The notes below the pieces were generated by a model. It was not told where the DNA came from, did no database searches, and saw nothing but the letters and a program-made list of their open reading frames with translations. A DNA stretch of 64,000 nt from contig CBDCGU010000003.1 of NCBI GenBank assembly GCA_965216945.1, forward strand, positions 3,868 through 67,867. Reading direction: 5' to 3'. Position numbers and translations under genes: made by a program. How positions within the stretch are numbered: position 1 is the first letter of the stretch; each line of letters opens with the position of its first letter. Shown here piece by piece: positions 29,364-38,969 of the stretch. Source of the DNA: Acidimicrobiia bacterium (GTDB lineage: Bacteria > Actinomycetota > Acidimicrobiia > Spongiisociales > UBA5794).

Positions 29364-30067
29364 TGGAGTTCACCCTGCTGGCTGCGGCGGCCATCGGCGT
29401 CGCGTCGCTCTATGTGATGCTGTGGTGGGAGGCGAAGCGAGGCAATGCCGCCGATTGCACCCGCGATCTGTGGGAGGTCGCCCTGGCCGCCATCATCGCC
29501 GGGGTGTTCGTCGGCAGGCTCGCCGCCATGATCATCGACGGGGTGAATCCGCTCGCCAATCCCGGCGACATCCTCATCGTGCGTGCCGGTGTGGCCACGG
29601 GTTGGGCCTCGGCGGCCGCCCTCCTCACCGTGGTGTGGCTGGCTCGTGATGAGCTGCGGCCCGTCGCCGACGGGCTGGCCGCGGCCGCCCTCGCCGGGTT
29701 GGCCGGCTGGCATGCCGGTTGTCTGCCGCGGGAGGCATGTCTCGGCACGCCGACGGATCTTCCCTGGGCGATGTCCCAACCGGGGTCGAGTGTCGGCCGC
29801 CACCCGGTCGAGCTCTACGCCGCCCTGGGGTTTGCGCTCGCCGCGATCGCACTTGCATGGTGGCGCAAGGTGAGCCCTCCCCCGGCGGGCGTCGCCGCCT
29901 TCGCGGCGCTGGCCGTCGCCGGTGGGGTGAGGCTGGTCACGGAGCCCATACGCCCGGCGCTGTCGCCGGGCCCGGTCTGGTGGTACGTCGCCGGCGTCGC
30001 CGTGGGTGTGGCCGGGCTCGGCTGGTCGTACCGCCAGGTGCGGCGTCGTCCCGGCGCACCCGGCTAG
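29363..30067 (+). CDS. Polytopic membrane protein, possibly prolipoprotein diacylglyceryl transferase (Lgt)-like
   Basis: 234 aa with 6-7 TM segments. GRHPVELYAALGFALAAIALAWW resembles the Lgt signature region. Start overlaps the upstream TlpA stop (TAATG). Confidence 0.4.
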   Translation: MEFTLLAAAAIGVASLYVMLWWEAKRGNAADCTRDLWEVALAAIIAGVFVGRLAAMIIDGVNPLANPGDILIVRAGVATGWASAAALLTVVWLARDELRPVADGLAAAALAGLAGWHAGCLPREACLGTPTDLPWAMSQPGSSVGRHPVELYAALGFALAAIALAWWRKVSPPPAGVAAFAALAVAGGVRLVTEPIRPALSPGPVWWYVAGVAVGVAGLGWSYRQVRRRPGAPG

Positions 30068-30225
30068 TGCTCCGTCTCAAAACATGGCGATGTTCAGGGC
30101 GAGTCAGGGGCGTTGCTGGCAAGGACGCAGGACGCAGGCGCATTCGTGCAATGCGTCAAGGACGAGGACGCCGCCAGCTGCGGTCCTGGCCGTCCCGAAC
30201 GCGGCAAATGTTGTGTGACGGGGCA

Positions 30226-30867
30226 CTAGACCGAGAGTGCCAGCAGATTGTCGATCCGGGTGCGGATCTCGCTCTCGTCGAGAGCGCCGGGCCATCCGTC
30301 GACGATGGTGTCTCCGCCGGTGACGAGGAAGGTCACCGGCTGGTACGGCACGCCGTAGAGATCCCAGATGGAGTCGTCCAGACCCCACAACAGTGCGTCT
30401 CCGAACAGCTCGTCTGCCCGCTCTGCGGTCGAGCCGAGGTCGGACCGGCCCGCTACGGCGACGAATGCTACCTCGTCCTCATAGTCCTGGGAGATGTTGG
30501 CGACGACGGGCAACTCCCGCCGGCAGGTGGGTCACCACTCCGCCCAGAAGACGAGGTACACCGGCCTCTCCTCAGCACTCAGCGAGAACTCCCCGCCATC
30601 GGCGAGGGCCAGCGTGAAATCGGGAGCGGGGTCGCCTTCGGGCTCCGGTTGCGTCCCGCCCGCCGTCGTGGTCGGATCGTCGACATCCGCTGTTCCCCCG
30701 TCCCCGGCTACGGCGGCGGTGGTCGTGGTGTCACCGTCGTCGGTCTGGGCCTCCGCCGTGGCGGCGTCACCGCCGTGGGTCGTCGTGGCCCCGGAGTCGT
30801 CGCTACCGCCGCCGCAGGCCGCGGCGACGATCACAAGAGCGGCCAGAACGGCGATCCATCGCTTCAT
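30226..30867 (-). CDS. TlpA-like thioredoxin lipoprotein with TGA at the first active-site Cys position (putative selenoprotein, UxxC)
   Basis: ORFs 30532..30897 and 30226..30513 are in the same frame, separated only by TGA at 30532-30534. The joined translation reads ...ERPVYLVFWAEW-[TGA]-PTCRRELPVVANISQDYEDEVAFVAVAGRSD..., i.e. the W-C-P-x-C thioredoxin motif with U in place of the first C. Lipoprotein signal MKRWIAVLAALVIVAAACGG. Confidence 0.55.
30504..30522 (-). promoter_or_regulatory. Candidate bacterial SECIS hairpin for the TlpA-like UGA
   Basis: mRNA UGA CCCACCUGC CGGCGGG-AGUUG-CCCGUCG: a 7-bp stem starts 9 nt after the UGA, with a G/U-containing apical loop at about +17 to +21. Confidence 0.35.
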
Positions 30868-30929
30868 GGCGAGGACCTTAGACCGGACTATTCGCAAGCG
30901 AATCCCATTCGGCGCTGTTCACGGAATGT

Positions 30930-31976
30930 TCACCGATCGCGGGAGAAGGCCACCGCCCGCTCGAGGACTGCAAGTGCATCACCCGAGTCGAGCGCCTGGA
31001 TCGCGAGCTCCATGCCTTCGGTGAACCCGTCGGCCAGCCCGGCCGCAACGATGGCGGGGGCAGCGTTGACGAGAGCGATATCCCGCTTGGGACCGGCGTC
31101 ACCATGAAGCACCCCCCTCGTGATGGCGAGGTTCTCCTGGACATCCCCGCCGAGGAGGTCTTCACGGCGGGAGCGCCCGATGCCGAAGTCCTCCGGGGTG
31201 AACTCGGCGTGGGTGATCTCATCGTCGATGAGCCGGTAGATGAATGACGGACCCGTCGTCGTCAGCTCGTCGAGCCCGTCCTCACCGTGGAACACGAATG
31301 CGACCTCGGCGCCCGTGTTGCGCAGCACCTCGATCATCTTCCCTGCAAGTGCGTGGTCTGCCACGCCAACCGCATAACGGCGAGCCCGTGCCGGATTGCA
31401 CAGCGGCCCGAGGACATTGAAGACCGTGCGGATCCCGATCTCGCGCCGCACCGGCCCGGCGTGTCGCATGGCAGGGTGGTACCGCGGCGCAAAGAAGAAG
31501 CCGAACCCGATGGTGCGGATCATCTCGACGGTGGCGTCCGGTGGCAGGTCGATGTCGATACCCAAAGCCTCCAGCAGGTCTGCCGAGCCCGTTTTCGATG
31601 AGGCAGCCCGGTTGCCGTGTTTGGCGACCTTGGCGCCCGCACCGGCAGCGATGAAGGCGGCCGTGGTCGAGATGTTGAAGGTGCCGGAATGGTCGCCGCC
31701 CGTGCCCACGATGTCGACGACACGTTCCCCGACGTCCACCGTCACCGCAGCATCGAGCATTGCCTCGACCATGCCGGTGATCTCGTCGCTCGTCTCGCCT
31801 TTGGCTCGCAACCCCGTGACGAACGCGGCGATCTGCGCCGGCGATGCATCACCGGCCATGACCTGCTGCATCGCCGCCCGAGCCGTCTCCCTGCTCAGCG
31901 CCTCCCCCGCCACCAGAGGCGAGAGCACAACGGCCCAATCGAACGATGCGTCGCCGCCGACATCTCTCTCGGTCAC
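30930..31976 (-). CDS. trpD: Anthranilate phosphoribosyltransferase
   Basis: GTG 31976 (VTERDVG...). TrpD motifs are DIVGTGGDHSGTFNISTTAAFIAAGAGAKVAKHGNRAASSKTGSADLLEALG and NPARARRYAVGV. Confidence 0.8.
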   Translation of the reverse strand: MTERDVGGDASFDWAVVLSPLVAGEALSRETARAAMQQVMAGDASPAQIAAFVTGLRAKGETSDEITGMVEAMLDAAVTVDVGERVVDIVGTGGDHSGTFNISTTAAFIAAGAGAKVAKHGNRAASSKTGSADLLEALGIDIDLPPDATVEMIRTIGFGFFFAPRYHPAMRHAGPVRREIGIRTVFNVLGPLCNPARARRYAVGVADHALAGKMIEVLRNTGAEVAFVFHGEDGLDELTTTGPSFIYRLIDDEITHAEFTPEDFGIGRSRREDLLGGDVQENLAITRGVLHGDAGPKRDIALVNAAPAIVAAGLADGFTEGMELAIQALDSGDALAVLERAVAFSRDR

Positions 31977-32047
31977 GCCGGCAGCGTAGCCACCAATCGG
32001 GCTCGTGCCCCCGTGGCGACTTTCGAGCGAGCTGCGAGCGATACGGC

Positions 32048-32362
32048 TCAGGCGGTGCGGCGGAGTGCGAGGCGACGTTGCTTCTCGGTGCGGCCACCCC
32101 AGACGCCAAACGTCTCGCGAGCGTCCATCGAGTACGACTGGCACTCCCGCATCACGGGGCACATGGCACAGAGAGCGAGCGCAGCCTTCTCATCGGCCTT
32201 GCTGCCGGGGAAAAACAGGTCGGGGTCGGCATCACGGCATGCGGCGAAGACCACCCAGGGGCGTTCGTCGGTGATGGGGGCTTGCAGGAAGGCGGCAAGG
32301 GCCGCCAACTCGTCGGTCAGGGTGTCACTCATGCGGGCGCACTCCTCCTCAAGGGCGCTCAT
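32048..32362 (-). CDS. WhiB-family (Wbl) Fe-S transcription factor
   Basis: Four Cys in C...C..C.....C spacing (FAACRDADPDLFFP...ALALCAMCPVMRECQ) and the C-terminal GVWGGRTEKQRR motif. Confidence 0.7.
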   Translation of the reverse strand: MSALEEECARMSDTLTDELAALAAFLQAPITDERPWVVFAACRDADPDLFFPGSKADEKAALALCAMCPVMRECQSYSMDARETFGVWGGRTEKQRRLALRRTA

Positions 32363-32465
32363 AACCATCAGACGACCAGGACGGCCGCGGAGTTCCCTCG
32401 AATCGCTGCAGCGGCTTGGCGAACTACACTCCATCGACCGACCACGTCATCCAACGACACTCGAT

Positions 32466-32924
32466 GTGAGGGAGGCCGTTCTGCTCTACTTCGCTTACAC
32501 CGCTCGGATCGCCCCCGAGCGCATGTCCGCGGCGGCGCCCGGAGCAGAGTTCCAGTTCATCGCACACCTCCCGCAGTGGGGCCTCGACTGGCCGATCGAG
32601 AACGGCGAGTGGGGCGGTGCACTTCCGACGGTGCGCCCCGACGAGGCGAGCACGGTGTGGGGTGCCGTCTTTGCCGTTCCCGAAGACGAGTTCGACCAGC
32701 TCGATACCATCGAGTCGTCAGAGGGCCGCTCCGCCGCCACGATCGAGGCTATGGACCGCACCGGCAAGCGACATCTCGTGACGGTTCACGTCAGCGAGGG
32801 CAACGGAGCGAGCCACCCCCCGTCGCCGGAATATGTCTCAGTGATGTTGCGTGGTTCCCGGCATTGGAGCCTCCCGGCGGGATGGATCGCCGGGCTCGAG
32901 GAGCATCTCGGCAGCGGCTTCTAG
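32466..32924 (+). CDS. Gamma-glutamyl cyclotransferase-like (AIG2/GGCT fold) protein
   Basis: GTG 32466 (VREAVLLYFAYTARIAPERMS...EFQFIAHLPQWGLDW...VWGAVFAVPEDEFDQLDTIES), the typical GGCT/AIG2 YGSL-like N-terminus. Confidence 0.5.
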   Translation: MREAVLLYFAYTARIAPERMSAAAPGAEFQFIAHLPQWGLDWPIENGEWGGALPTVRPDEASTVWGAVFAVPEDEFDQLDTIESSEGRSAATIEAMDRTGKRHLVTVHVSEGNGASHPPSPEYVSVMLRGSRHWSLPAGWIAGLEEHLGSGF

Positions 32925-33292
32925 TGGTCCGCTCCCCCGGCTCGTGGGGCGCCATCGTCCTGGGGGCCATGGCGGGTCTCGGTCTTTCGCTCAGCGTGTT
33001 CCTCGTGCTCGCAGCCACCGGCATCGTGGATGACAGCGGTGAGCAGGCGATCCTGGTCTTCGTGCAGTTCCTCGGGCTGTTGGTCGCCGGTTTCGTCGCC
33101 GGCCGGCTCGGCGGCGGCACCCCGGCACTCGACGGCGGCCTCGCCGGCATGACCGCATTCGTCATCGCCGTTGCCATCAGCGTCGCAGCTGGGGCGTCGC
33201 TCGGTGTGGGTGCGATCGTGCTCCTCGGCGTGGTGGCGGCGGTGCTCGGGTCCGCCGGCGGCGTGCTGGCCCAGTTCATGAGGGACCGCTGA
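32924..33292 (+). CDS. Small hydrophobic membrane protein (hypothetical)
   Basis: GTG overlapping the upstream TAG (TAGTG). ~120 aa with 3-4 TM helices. Low information. Confidence 0.3.
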   Translation: MVRSPGSWGAIVLGAMAGLGLSLSVFLVLAATGIVDDSGEQAILVFVQFLGLLVAGFVAGRLGGGTPALDGGLAGMTAFVIAVAISVAAGASLGVGAIVLLGVVAAVLGSAGGVLAQFMRDR

Positions 33293-33298
33293 GACGGC

Positions 33299-34162
33299 TC
33301 AGAGCTCGGCCAGATACTCCTGACGCCACCGCTCCGTGCTCTCGACCTGGTTGAACGTGTAGACGTGGACGCCGGCAATGTTCGCCACCGGATCGACGAG
33401 CGTGCCGGCCATGTCCTCGAGCAGCTCGTCGGGGCTGTAGCCGCCCGGCTCGACGAAGGAGCGCAGCAGCCCGCGGTGACGGCTCAGGAACCGCATTGAG
33501 CGTCCGACGCCGATCCGAGCGGAGATCCGCATGAGCTTGAGACGGTCGGCAACTCCCGGAACGCCGATCACCGCCGGCAGGCGGATGCCGCTGGTGCGCA
33601 TGTCACGCAGCCACGTAGTGATCGCCTCCGCGTCGAAACACATCTGGGTCGTCATCGACGTGGCGAAGGGTTGTTTGTCGTGTAGCGCCAGCCGGGCCGT
33701 TTCGTCGTCGAAGATGTGGTGCCCCTCCGGGTAGGACCCGATGCCGATCTCATCGAACTCTGCGCCGAGCTCGGCGATTGCCCGCAGCAGCGAGCCGGCG
33801 TCGAAGAACTCGCCGGCCTCTGCGGCGTCCCCGCCGATGACGAAGATACGCCGGATCTCGAGGTCGTCGATCCGGGCGAGGAGCTTCTCCAGATGCGTCC
33901 GATCGTGGATCATCCGTGCCGACAGGTGCGGGATCACGTCGAAGCCACGGCGCCGCAGCACGGCGGCGAGCTCGATCGTGTCTTCTAGTGGCTTCACCGG
34001 TGACGCCGTCACGGAGACCGCTGCGGCCGGGGGCAGATACGCCACCTGATCGAGCACGTTCTTCAGCGGTATCACCTCGAAGATCGCGTTCTCCAGCACG
34101 CGGCGGATCGCCGCCCGCTGCGCTTCGTTGAGTTCACGTTCCATGGGCGGGGGGCTCCTCAT
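33299..34162 (-). CDS. Methylenetetrahydrofolate reductase-like protein (second MetF paralog, short form)
   Basis: 287 aa MetF-family protein (EVIPLKN...ISARMIHDRTHLEKLLARIDDLEIRRIFVIGGDAAE...). Start abuts the mttB-family stop, making it the last gene of the corrinoid methyltransferase operon. Confidence 0.7.
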   Translation of the reverse strand: MRSPPPMERELNEAQRAAIRRVLENAIFEVIPLKNVLDQVAYLPPAAAVSVTASPVKPLEDTIELAAVLRRRGFDVIPHLSARMIHDRTHLEKLLARIDDLEIRRIFVIGGDAAEAGEFFDAGSLLRAIAELGAEFDEIGIGSYPEGHHIFDDETARLALHDKQPFATSMTTQMCFDAEAITTWLRDMRTSGIRLPAVIGVPGVADRLKLMRISARIGVGRSMRFLSRHRGLLRSFVEPGGYSPDELLEDMAGTLVDPVANIAGVHVYTFNQVESTERWRQEYLAEL

Positions 34163-35697
34163 GTGTCAGAGTCGGGGAACGAGCTCTTGCGACGGTCGAT
34201 CCAATCGACGAGCTCGGCGTCGATCGCCTCATCGAGCGCCGGCGGCTCGTAGTCGGCGAGCATCTGCTTCCACTTGGCGTTGGCGCGCTGGACGGCGTCC
34301 CGACTCCCTTCGAGCTCCCATTGCTCGAAGCTGTTGTTGTCGGCGAGATCGGACCGCCAGAAGGCGGTTTCGAAGTTGGCCAGCGTGTGCTCGGTTCCGA
34401 GGAAGTGCTGCCCGGGCCCCGTCGCGATCATCGCATCGAGGGCAAGGGCGTTGTCGTCCACGGCGACGCCCGCAACCCACCGCTCCATCATCGTCGCTTG
34501 GATGGAGTCGATGATGAACTTCTCGTAGCCGACGGTGAGGCCGCCTTCGAGCCATCCAGCGGAGTGGAGCACGAAGTTCACCCCGGCCTGGACGGTGGGG
34601 AGAAAGGTGAGGGCGCTCTCGTAGGCGGCTTGGGCGTCGGCAACCTTCGACGCAGTGAAGTTCCCGCCGGAGCGGAACGGCACACCCAGCCGTCGCGCCA
34701 GCTGGGCCACGAGATAGAGCATCAGCGCAGGCTCAGGGGTGCCGAAGGTCGGGGCGCCCGATTGCATCGACATGGAGCTGGCGAAAGATCCGAAGATCAC
34801 AGGCGCTCCAGGACGGACGATCTGCGTGAACGCCATGCCTGCCATGGCCTCGGCGAGAGTCTGGGTCGCTGCCCCCGCCACGGTCGACGGCGCCATCGCC
34901 CCCGCCAGGATGAACGGAGTCACCAGCACGGCCTGATTGTTCTCGGCATACACCTTGGCAGAGCCGAGCATGGCGTGGTCCCAGGACATCGGGGAGTTGG
35001 CGTTCGCAAGGGCCAGCACGAACGTTCGCTCCTGCAACGCGTCGTCGCCGAACAGCACCTTGACGATGTCGATCGTGTCCTGGGCACGGTCGGGGTGTGT
35101 CACCGACCCCATGAAGGGTTTGTCGCTGTACTTGATGTGGGTGTACACCATGTCGAGATGACGCTTGTTGACCGGCAGGTCGACCGGCTCACAGAGAGTG
35201 CCGCCCGCATGATGGAGCGCAGGCGACATATACGTCAGCTTGGCGAGGTTGCGGAAGTCCTCGATGGTGGCGTAGCGGCGGCCGCCTTCCAGATCGCGCA
35301 CGAAAGGGGGCCCGTAGACGGGTGCGAACACCAGATGCGGGTCGCCGATGACGACTGAGCGCTCGGGGTTGCGTGCGTGCTGGGTGAACTTCTTCGGCGC
35401 TGTGGCTTGGATGAGCTGCCGGCACATCCCGCGGGGAAAGCGCACACGAGTCCCGTCGACATCGGCCCCGGCCGCGGCGAAGATCCGCACCGCCTCCTCG
35501 TAGCCGACGATGTCGATTCCCACCTGCTCCAGCAGGGTCTCGGCGTTCTCCTCGATGAGGCCGAGAGCTTCGGCCGACAGCACTTCGACCGGAGCCAGGT
35601 TGCGGGTGAGGAACTTCTGCTGCTCGATGGCCTTCGACACCCGCGCCGCCTGGCGTGCCGAGCGACCCCCGCCGCGCCGTCCCCGTCGTTCGCTCAT
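34159..35697 (-). CDS. MttB-superfamily (non-pyrrolysine) quaternary-amine:corrinoid methyltransferase, glycine-betaine (MtgB) type
   Basis: 512 aa trimethylamine methyltransferase (MttB) family over the full length with no in-frame amber codon. The genomic context (corrinoid protein, RACo, MtrH-like, DMGDH) points to a glycine betaine/quaternary amine substrate. Start ATG overlaps the RACo stop (ATGA). Confidence 0.8.
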   Translation of the reverse strand: MSERRGRRGGGRSARQAARVSKAIEQQKFLTRNLAPVEVLSAEALGLIEENAETLLEQVGIDIVGYEEAVRIFAAAGADVDGTRVRFPRGMCRQLIQATAPKKFTQHARNPERSVVIGDPHLVFAPVYGPPFVRDLEGGRRYATIEDFRNLAKLTYMSPALHHAGGTLCEPVDLPVNKRHLDMVYTHIKYSDKPFMGSVTHPDRAQDTIDIVKVLFGDDALQERTFVLALANANSPMSWDHAMLGSAKVYAENNQAVLVTPFILAGAMAPSTVAGAATQTLAEAMAGMAFTQIVRPGAPVIFGSFASSMSMQSGAPTFGTPEPALMLYLVAQLARRLGVPFRSGGNFTASKVADAQAAYESALTFLPTVQAGVNFVLHSAGWLEGGLTVGYEKFIIDSIQATMMERWVAGVAVDDNALALDAMIATGPGQHFLGTEHTLANFETAFWRSDLADNNSFEQWELEGSRDAVQRANAKWKQMLADYEPPALDEAIDAELVDWIDRRKSSFPDSDT

Positions 35698-37706
35698 CGC
35701 TCCTCCTTCTCGATGCGCCGGCGGCGCCGGCGTCCCGTGACGCCGACCGCCTCTTGACGTGCGGAGGCCGGCAGCGTCACGAGTGTCGAGAGATGGGGTG
35801 CCGGCTCGGTGCCGTGTGGGAATGCCATCGCCGCCACGAAGAGATCCTGGAAGCGAGGCTCGGTCGCCGTCTCCACCTTCTCGACATCGGCGGCGACCGC
35901 GGCCATCTCGCTCCGTTCGGTGCCGGAGAGGAGGGCGCGCACCGCACCGAGGCCGGAGGCGTTGCCCGCAGACCGCGCCTGGGAGAGTGGGATGTCCGGA
36001 ATCAGGCCGAGCACCATCGCGTAGAGCGGGTCGATGTGAGAACCGAATGCTCCGGCGAGTCGGATCGTGTCGACGGTCGTGTGCCCGGAACGCTCCCGCA
36101 ACAGGTCGATGCCTGCTCGCAGCGCCGCCTTCGCCAGCTGGATGGCTCGCACGTCGTTTTGCGTGATGCGCAGCTCCGGTTGCCCGCGATGCAGGACGTA
36201 GGCATGGGTGCGGCCGTCGGCGACGATGCGGTCGCTGCGGGCCGTGAGCGCGCCGTTCATCTTCCCCTGGGGATCGATGATGCCGGCGAGGAACATCTCA
36301 CCGATCACCTCGATGATGCCCGAGCCGCACACACCGGCGATGGCGACGCCGGCGCTGCTGTCGCTCCACCCCGGATCGTCGGACCAACCGTCGACGCCGA
36401 TGACAGCAAACCGGGGCTCCAAAGTCGCCGGATCGATTCGCACCCGCTCGATGGCTCCGACGGTTGCCCGCACCCCACAGCTGATCTCGCCACCCTCGAG
36501 GGCCGGACCCGTGGGGCTCGATGCTGCATAGAGACCCGCACTACTGCCGAGGACGATCTCTGCATTGGTGCCCACGTCGACGAGCAGCTGCACGTCATCG
36601 GCGCGATGGGGCCCTTCGGCGAGGATCGCCCCTGCCGTATCGGCACCGACGTGGCCGGCGATGCAGGGACCGAACGTCGCACGAGCGCTCGGAGCGGCGA
36701 TGCCAACCGCGGCGGCAGTCGTCACCACCGGCTCGCTGGTTGCCAGCGTGAAGGGTGCCGTGCCGAGCGGCGTCGGGTCGAACCCGAGGTAGAGGTGGTG
36801 CATGATCGGATTGCCCACGAGGAACACCTCGAGCAGGCGATCGGCGTCGACATCGGCCTGCACGAGCAACTCTGCCACGAGATCCGCCACGGCGTCACGC
36901 ACGGCGGCCGTCAACTCGGTTCGGCCGTCACCGTGCATCATGACGTACGAGACGCGGCTCATGAGGTCTTCACCGAACCGGATCTGTGGATTCATGATGC
37001 CGGCCGTCGCCAGTAGCTCACCGGTTCCGAGGTCGCACAGATAGGCGGCGATCGTCGTCGATCCGATGTCAACTGCAACGCCGACGATGTGGTCGACGAA
37101 CCCCGGCCACACGGCGACGACTTCACCGTCCCGCACCGCAGCCGTAACCTCGAGCTCCCCGCCGGCCAGCACGTCGCGGAGACGGGCCAGCGTCCCGTGC
37201 TCCACGCTCAGATCCTGCAGGTTCCACTGCTCTTCGAGGGCGTTGAGCAGTGCCGTATGGTCGCTGACTGCATCGCCCAGGCTCCGTAGCGCCACCTCCA
37301 CGTAGCGCAGGTCGACCAGGGGATCCAGCACCAGACCGGCGAGGTCGACGTCCTTCCGCACGACTTGTTTGTGGACCTGGCTCTCCGGGGGGATGTCGAT
37401 GATGATGTCGCCGAGCACCACGGCTCCACAACCAAGTCGATGTCCAGGCGGCATACCCCGTTTGGCATCGTATTTGCGCTCGTTGTCCGACCAATCGCCG
37501 AGGGCCCCGGCCGCCGAGCTGATCTCCCATTTGGGAAACTCCCCGAAGGAGGGCACGACACGGCATCGCCCGCAGATGCCACGCCCTCCGCACACCGAAT
37601 CGAGGTCGGCGCCGGCCACCCGGGCCGCGTCGAGGACCGAGATGCCGGCGGGCACGACGGCCTCGAGACCGGATGGCGTGAAAACGATGCGGGGTGTGCG
37701 TGTCAA
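35694..37706 (-). CDS. Reductive activator of corrinoid enzymes (RACo/RamA-like): [2Fe-2S] ferredoxin domain + ASKHA ATPase
   Basis: N-terminal plant-type ferredoxin CGGRGICGRC. Long ASKHA-fold region (DIGSTTIAAYLCDLGTGELLATAG...). Start is uncertain: the long ORF begins inside the upstream gene. The first start after the upstream stop is TTG 37706; GTG 37808 is the alternative. Confidence 0.65.
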   Translation of the reverse strand: MTRTPRIVFTPSGLEAVVPAGISVLDAARVAGADLDSVCGGRGICGRCRVVPSFGEFPKWEISSAAGALGDWSDNERKYDAKRGMPPGHRLGCGAVVLGDIIIDIPPESQVHKQVVRKDVDLAGLVLDPLVDLRYVEVALRSLGDAVSDHTALLNALEEQWNLQDLSVEHGTLARLRDVLAGGELEVTAAVRDGEVVAVWPGFVDHIVGVAVDIGSTTIAAYLCDLGTGELLATAGIMNPQIRFGEDLMSRVSYVMMHGDGRTELTAAVRDAVADLVAELLVQADVDADRLLEVFLVGNPIMHHLYLGFDPTPLGTAPFTLATSEPVVTTAAAVGIAAPSARATFGPCIAGHVGADTAGAILAEGPHRADDVQLLVDVGTNAEIVLGSSAGLYAASSPTGPALEGGEISCGVRATVGAIERVRIDPATLEPRFAVIGVDGWSDDPGWSDSSAGVAIAGVCGSGIIEVIGEMFLAGIIDPQGKMNGALTARSDRIVADGRTHAYVLHRGQPELRITQNDVRAIQLAKAALRAGIDLLRERSGHTTVDTIRLAGAFGSHIDPLYAMVLGLIPDIPLSQARSAGNASGLGAVRALLSGTERSEMAAVAADVEKVETATEPRFQDLFVAAMAFPHGTEPAPHLSTLVTLPASARQEAVGVTGRRRRRRIEKEER

Positions 37707-37716
37707 CGGTCGACGA

Positions 37717-38619
37717 TCAGCCGGCGGCGCGACGTCTGTTGCTGCGACGCCGGCCGCGCTCCTCGCCGCTTGCGGGCGGCGTGCGGTAGTGCCTGATCCA
37801 CGCGGCACAGTCGTTGTCGACGCCGCGCAGGACGTCTGCGGCCCGGATCGACTGCATGATCTCCGGCTCCAGCGGGTTTGTGATGGCCGACGTGAGCCCG
37901 GCGCCGATCGCCATGGCCAGGAAGGCTGCGTTGATGCCGGCACGGTTCGGCAGACCGAAGCTGACGTTCGACGCTCCGCATGTGGAGTTGACCTGCAGCT
38001 CGTCGCGCAGCCGTCCCACGAGATGCAGGACCTGCCGCCCTGCAGTCGCCATGGCGCCGATCGGCATGACGAGCGGGTCGACCACGATGTCCTCGCGACC
38101 GATGCCGTAGTCGTGCGCCCGGTCGACGATCTTCTCCGCAACCGAAAAACGGACATCGGGGTCTTCGGAGATGCCCGTCTCGTCATTGGTGATCGCCACC
38201 ACCGCGGCGCCGTGCCTGGCGACGAGCGGCAGAACCCGTTCGAGTGACTCGTCCTCGCCCGTCACCGAATTGACGAGCGCCTTGCCTTGGTACACGGCGA
38301 GCCCCGACTCCAGCGCCTCGATGATGGAGGAGTCGATGGAGAGTGGCACATCGGTCAGCGACTGGACGAGTTGCACGGCGTCGGCGAGGATCGTCGGCTC
38401 GTCGGCCAGCGGGATCCCGGCGTTGACATCGAGCATGTGCGCCCCGGCGGCCACCTGGGCCAGGGCATCCCTCTCCACACGGCTGTAGTCGCCGTTGCGC
38501 ATCTCCTCGGCGAGCAGCTTCCGGCCCGTCGGGTTGATACGCTCGCCGATGACGACGAAGGGCCGCTCGAAACCGAGCAATACCTCCTTCGTCGCCGAGC
38601 CGATGACGGTGTCGGTCAT
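37717..38619 (-). CDS. Pterin-binding methyltransferase (MtrH/AcsE-like methylcorrinoid:tetrahydrofolate methyltransferase)
   Basis: ATG 38619 (MTDTVIGSATKEVLLGFERPFVVIGERINPTG...). DHPS-like pterin-binding barrel: MLDVNAGIP, LSIDSS, GKALVNSVTGE, NSTCGASNVSFGLPNR. Confidence 0.7.
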   Translation of the reverse strand: MTDTVIGSATKEVLLGFERPFVVIGERINPTGRKLLAEEMRNGDYSRVERDALAQVAAGAHMLDVNAGIPLADEPTILADAVQLVQSLTDVPLSIDSSIIEALESGLAVYQGKALVNSVTGEDESLERVLPLVARHGAAVVAITNDETGISEDPDVRFSVAEKIVDRAHDYGIGREDIVVDPLVMPIGAMATAGRQVLHLVGRLRDELQVNSTCGASNVSFGLPNRAGINAAFLAMAIGAGLTSAITNPLEPEIMQSIRAADVLRGVDNDCAAWIRHYRTPPASGEERGRRRSNRRRAAG

Positions 38620-38969
38620 GATGTCGCTCCCTCGGATCTGTCGATACCGCCTGCGGCCACGAGTCGGCGCAGCACATCCTTCGTGAAGGCCGACTCCAGC
38701 GCCTCTACCGCCGCATCGACCTCGGCCTGCAGATCCTCGCTGCACGGCCGAGAGACACGGCGCCACTCGGCGAGATACTCATTCGTGGTCTTCTTGTCCG
38801 CGTTGACAGCCGCCTGATCAACCGCGATCTGGAAGCGGGAGTGGAGCTGCACGCTGGCTTTGCGACGGCCGGCTCGGGCCGTGACCTGGGCTGGGATGTC
38901 ACGCCAGTAGATGGTGATGAGCTCGGGCCTTGCGGCAGCGTTTCTGCCGTTGTCACGATTACCCCGCAT
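38616..38969 (-). CDS. Conserved hypothetical protein within the methyltransferase operon
   Basis: 117 aa ORF. Its start overlaps the DUF1638 stop and its stop overlaps the MtrH-like start, indicating translational coupling. No recognisable domain. Confidence 0.4.
   Translation of the reverse strand: MRGNRDNGRNAAARPELITIYWRDIPAQVTARAGRRKASVQLHSRFQIAVDQAAVNADKKTTNEYLAEWRRVSRPCSEDLQAEVDAAVEALESAFTKDVLRRLVAAGGIDRSEGATS

Noticed and set aside
30068-30225. 158-nt convergent intergenic region as a possible tRNA/ncRNA
   Set aside because: No tRNA-like T-arm (GTTCRANYC) or cloverleaf could be traced, and no strong terminator hairpin. Left unannotated.
34159-35697. Possible pyrrolysine (in-frame TAG) in the MttB-family gene
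   Set aside because: The reading frame is uninterrupted across all 512 codons, with no internal amber codon, so this is a non-Pyl MttB-superfamily member (MtgB-like).
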